Shown in pieces: positions 63,024-64,000 of a DNA stretch of 64,000 nucleotides; position 1 is the first letter of the stretch; every line of letters begins with the position of its first letter. The notes under the pieces are model-generated. The model did not search any database and was not told the DNA's origin. It saw nothing but the letters and a program-made list of their open reading frames with translations. The position numbers and the translations under genes are program-made. Source of the stretch: Tubulanus polymorphus (Eukaryota; Animalia; Nemertea); assembly GCF_964204645.1 (NCBI RefSeq), contig NC_134027.1, positions 18,500,560-18,564,559 on the forward strand, read 5' to 3'.

Positions 63024-63849
63024 TTACCTCCCGAGTAAACCCATATTTCCACCGTGTCCGTTTCTTCGCCCACGCTTATCTGCGTCCATTTCCTCTGCAT
63101 ATGTACTTCTCAATTTCAATGATTTCTGAAGATTGGCGATTAATTGTTGGAACAATGCCAATCTTTCGTTTTCCAGTTCATCTAATTCCTTGTAAATGTC
63201 ACCTTTTTCTGTAATCAATTTGATAGAATACATGTAACACAACATAACGCCATTTTCTTTAAGACGTATTCGTATTATAGCTTTTGAAACATTATCTTTT
63301 CTCGTTAATTCAAACATGCGTGTGATGATGAATGCTGTACTCAAAAACCAAATAAGAAGACTTATAGTGAATAGATATTGAATTAGGGATTTATCATACA
63401 ATGTATTCAGTGTACGTATACAGAAATGAAAACGGCCTATCAAAACAAAGTGATTGATCTGTCTAGTAAAGCATTAATCATTATTCTCTCCTTCGCTCTC
63501 CCTCCGTCACCACTCCTAGTTAATCCATCTTACAAAATCAAATTACGTCTTACCAGGTCTCGAGCGTTGAGACAATTGGTCAATATTGGGATTTTCGCTC
63601 TTTCTAACATCATCTTTTTTTCCAGTGACAAATTTTTTCACCTTTTCCCAAAGGCTTTTTGCTTGAAATGTTAAAGATTTCAACACACATTCAATCTGTC
63701 ATTAAATGATTAAATTGCACAGTCATTAAACGAATTAGTGTCGTTAATAGTTAAACCCCCATTATTATAAGCTAAATGTACAAAAATGTTTATTTTACCC
63801 GTTTCTGATCTCTTCTTATCATCACTGCCCTCGTCACTTCTCTTGTCAG
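63024..63849 (-). CDS. 3' exons of a host gene (63849-63799, 63661-63554, 63208-63024), possible secreted peptide precursor; 5' part outside the window
   Basis: Three exons joined by phase-1 GT-AG introns give one frame: DKRSDEGSDDKKRSETAKSLWEKVKKFVTGKKDD...EEMDADKRGRRNGHGGNMGLLGR*. Confidence 0.6.
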
Positions 63850-64000
63850 CTGAAATAGAATTATCTGATATCTTAGACTTGTCTTTTCAGGACTAATGGA
63901 GGACACAAGTTATAAAATCAATGATCACATAACTTTCAAAATTCGTCATATATATAAAAATTGTTTAATTACTTTTAGCGAACTGAAGCACACTAAAACT

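Overview
AT-rich animal genomic DNA with spliceosomal genes and many transposon relics; the host is probably an invertebrate (inference). The host portion holds a complete four-exon RYBP/YAF2 gene on the minus strand (24744 to 5563) whose last exon is duplicated by a near-perfect 4108-bp tandem duplication. It also holds a three-exon secreted PAN/apple + C-type lectin gene (27468-28503, +), three exons of a possible peptide precursor at the right edge, and many MITEs, Helentron-like elements, a MULE foldback and LINE relics. The main feature is a full-length 17,951-bp endogenous Polinton/Maverick-type virus (42585-60535). It has ~890-bp TIRs, a 6-bp GGTGTC TSD, pPolB, RVE integrase, packaging ATPase, major and minor capsid genes and an HNH nuclease, and is in early decay. 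It is unusual in several ways. 13 of 16 genes start within the poxvirus late-promoter initiator TAAATG and two more within TAAAATG. Two long hairpins sit where the gene blocks converge, and each TIR begins with a 410-bp foldback. About seven genes encode membrane proteins, and no adenain-type protease is visible. Together these suggest a virophage-like satellite of a pox-like cytoplasmic virus (inference). A post-insertion inversion duplicated the left junction, and an uninterrupted paralog of the target repeat lies in the same window. All calls were made by eye, with no database searches.
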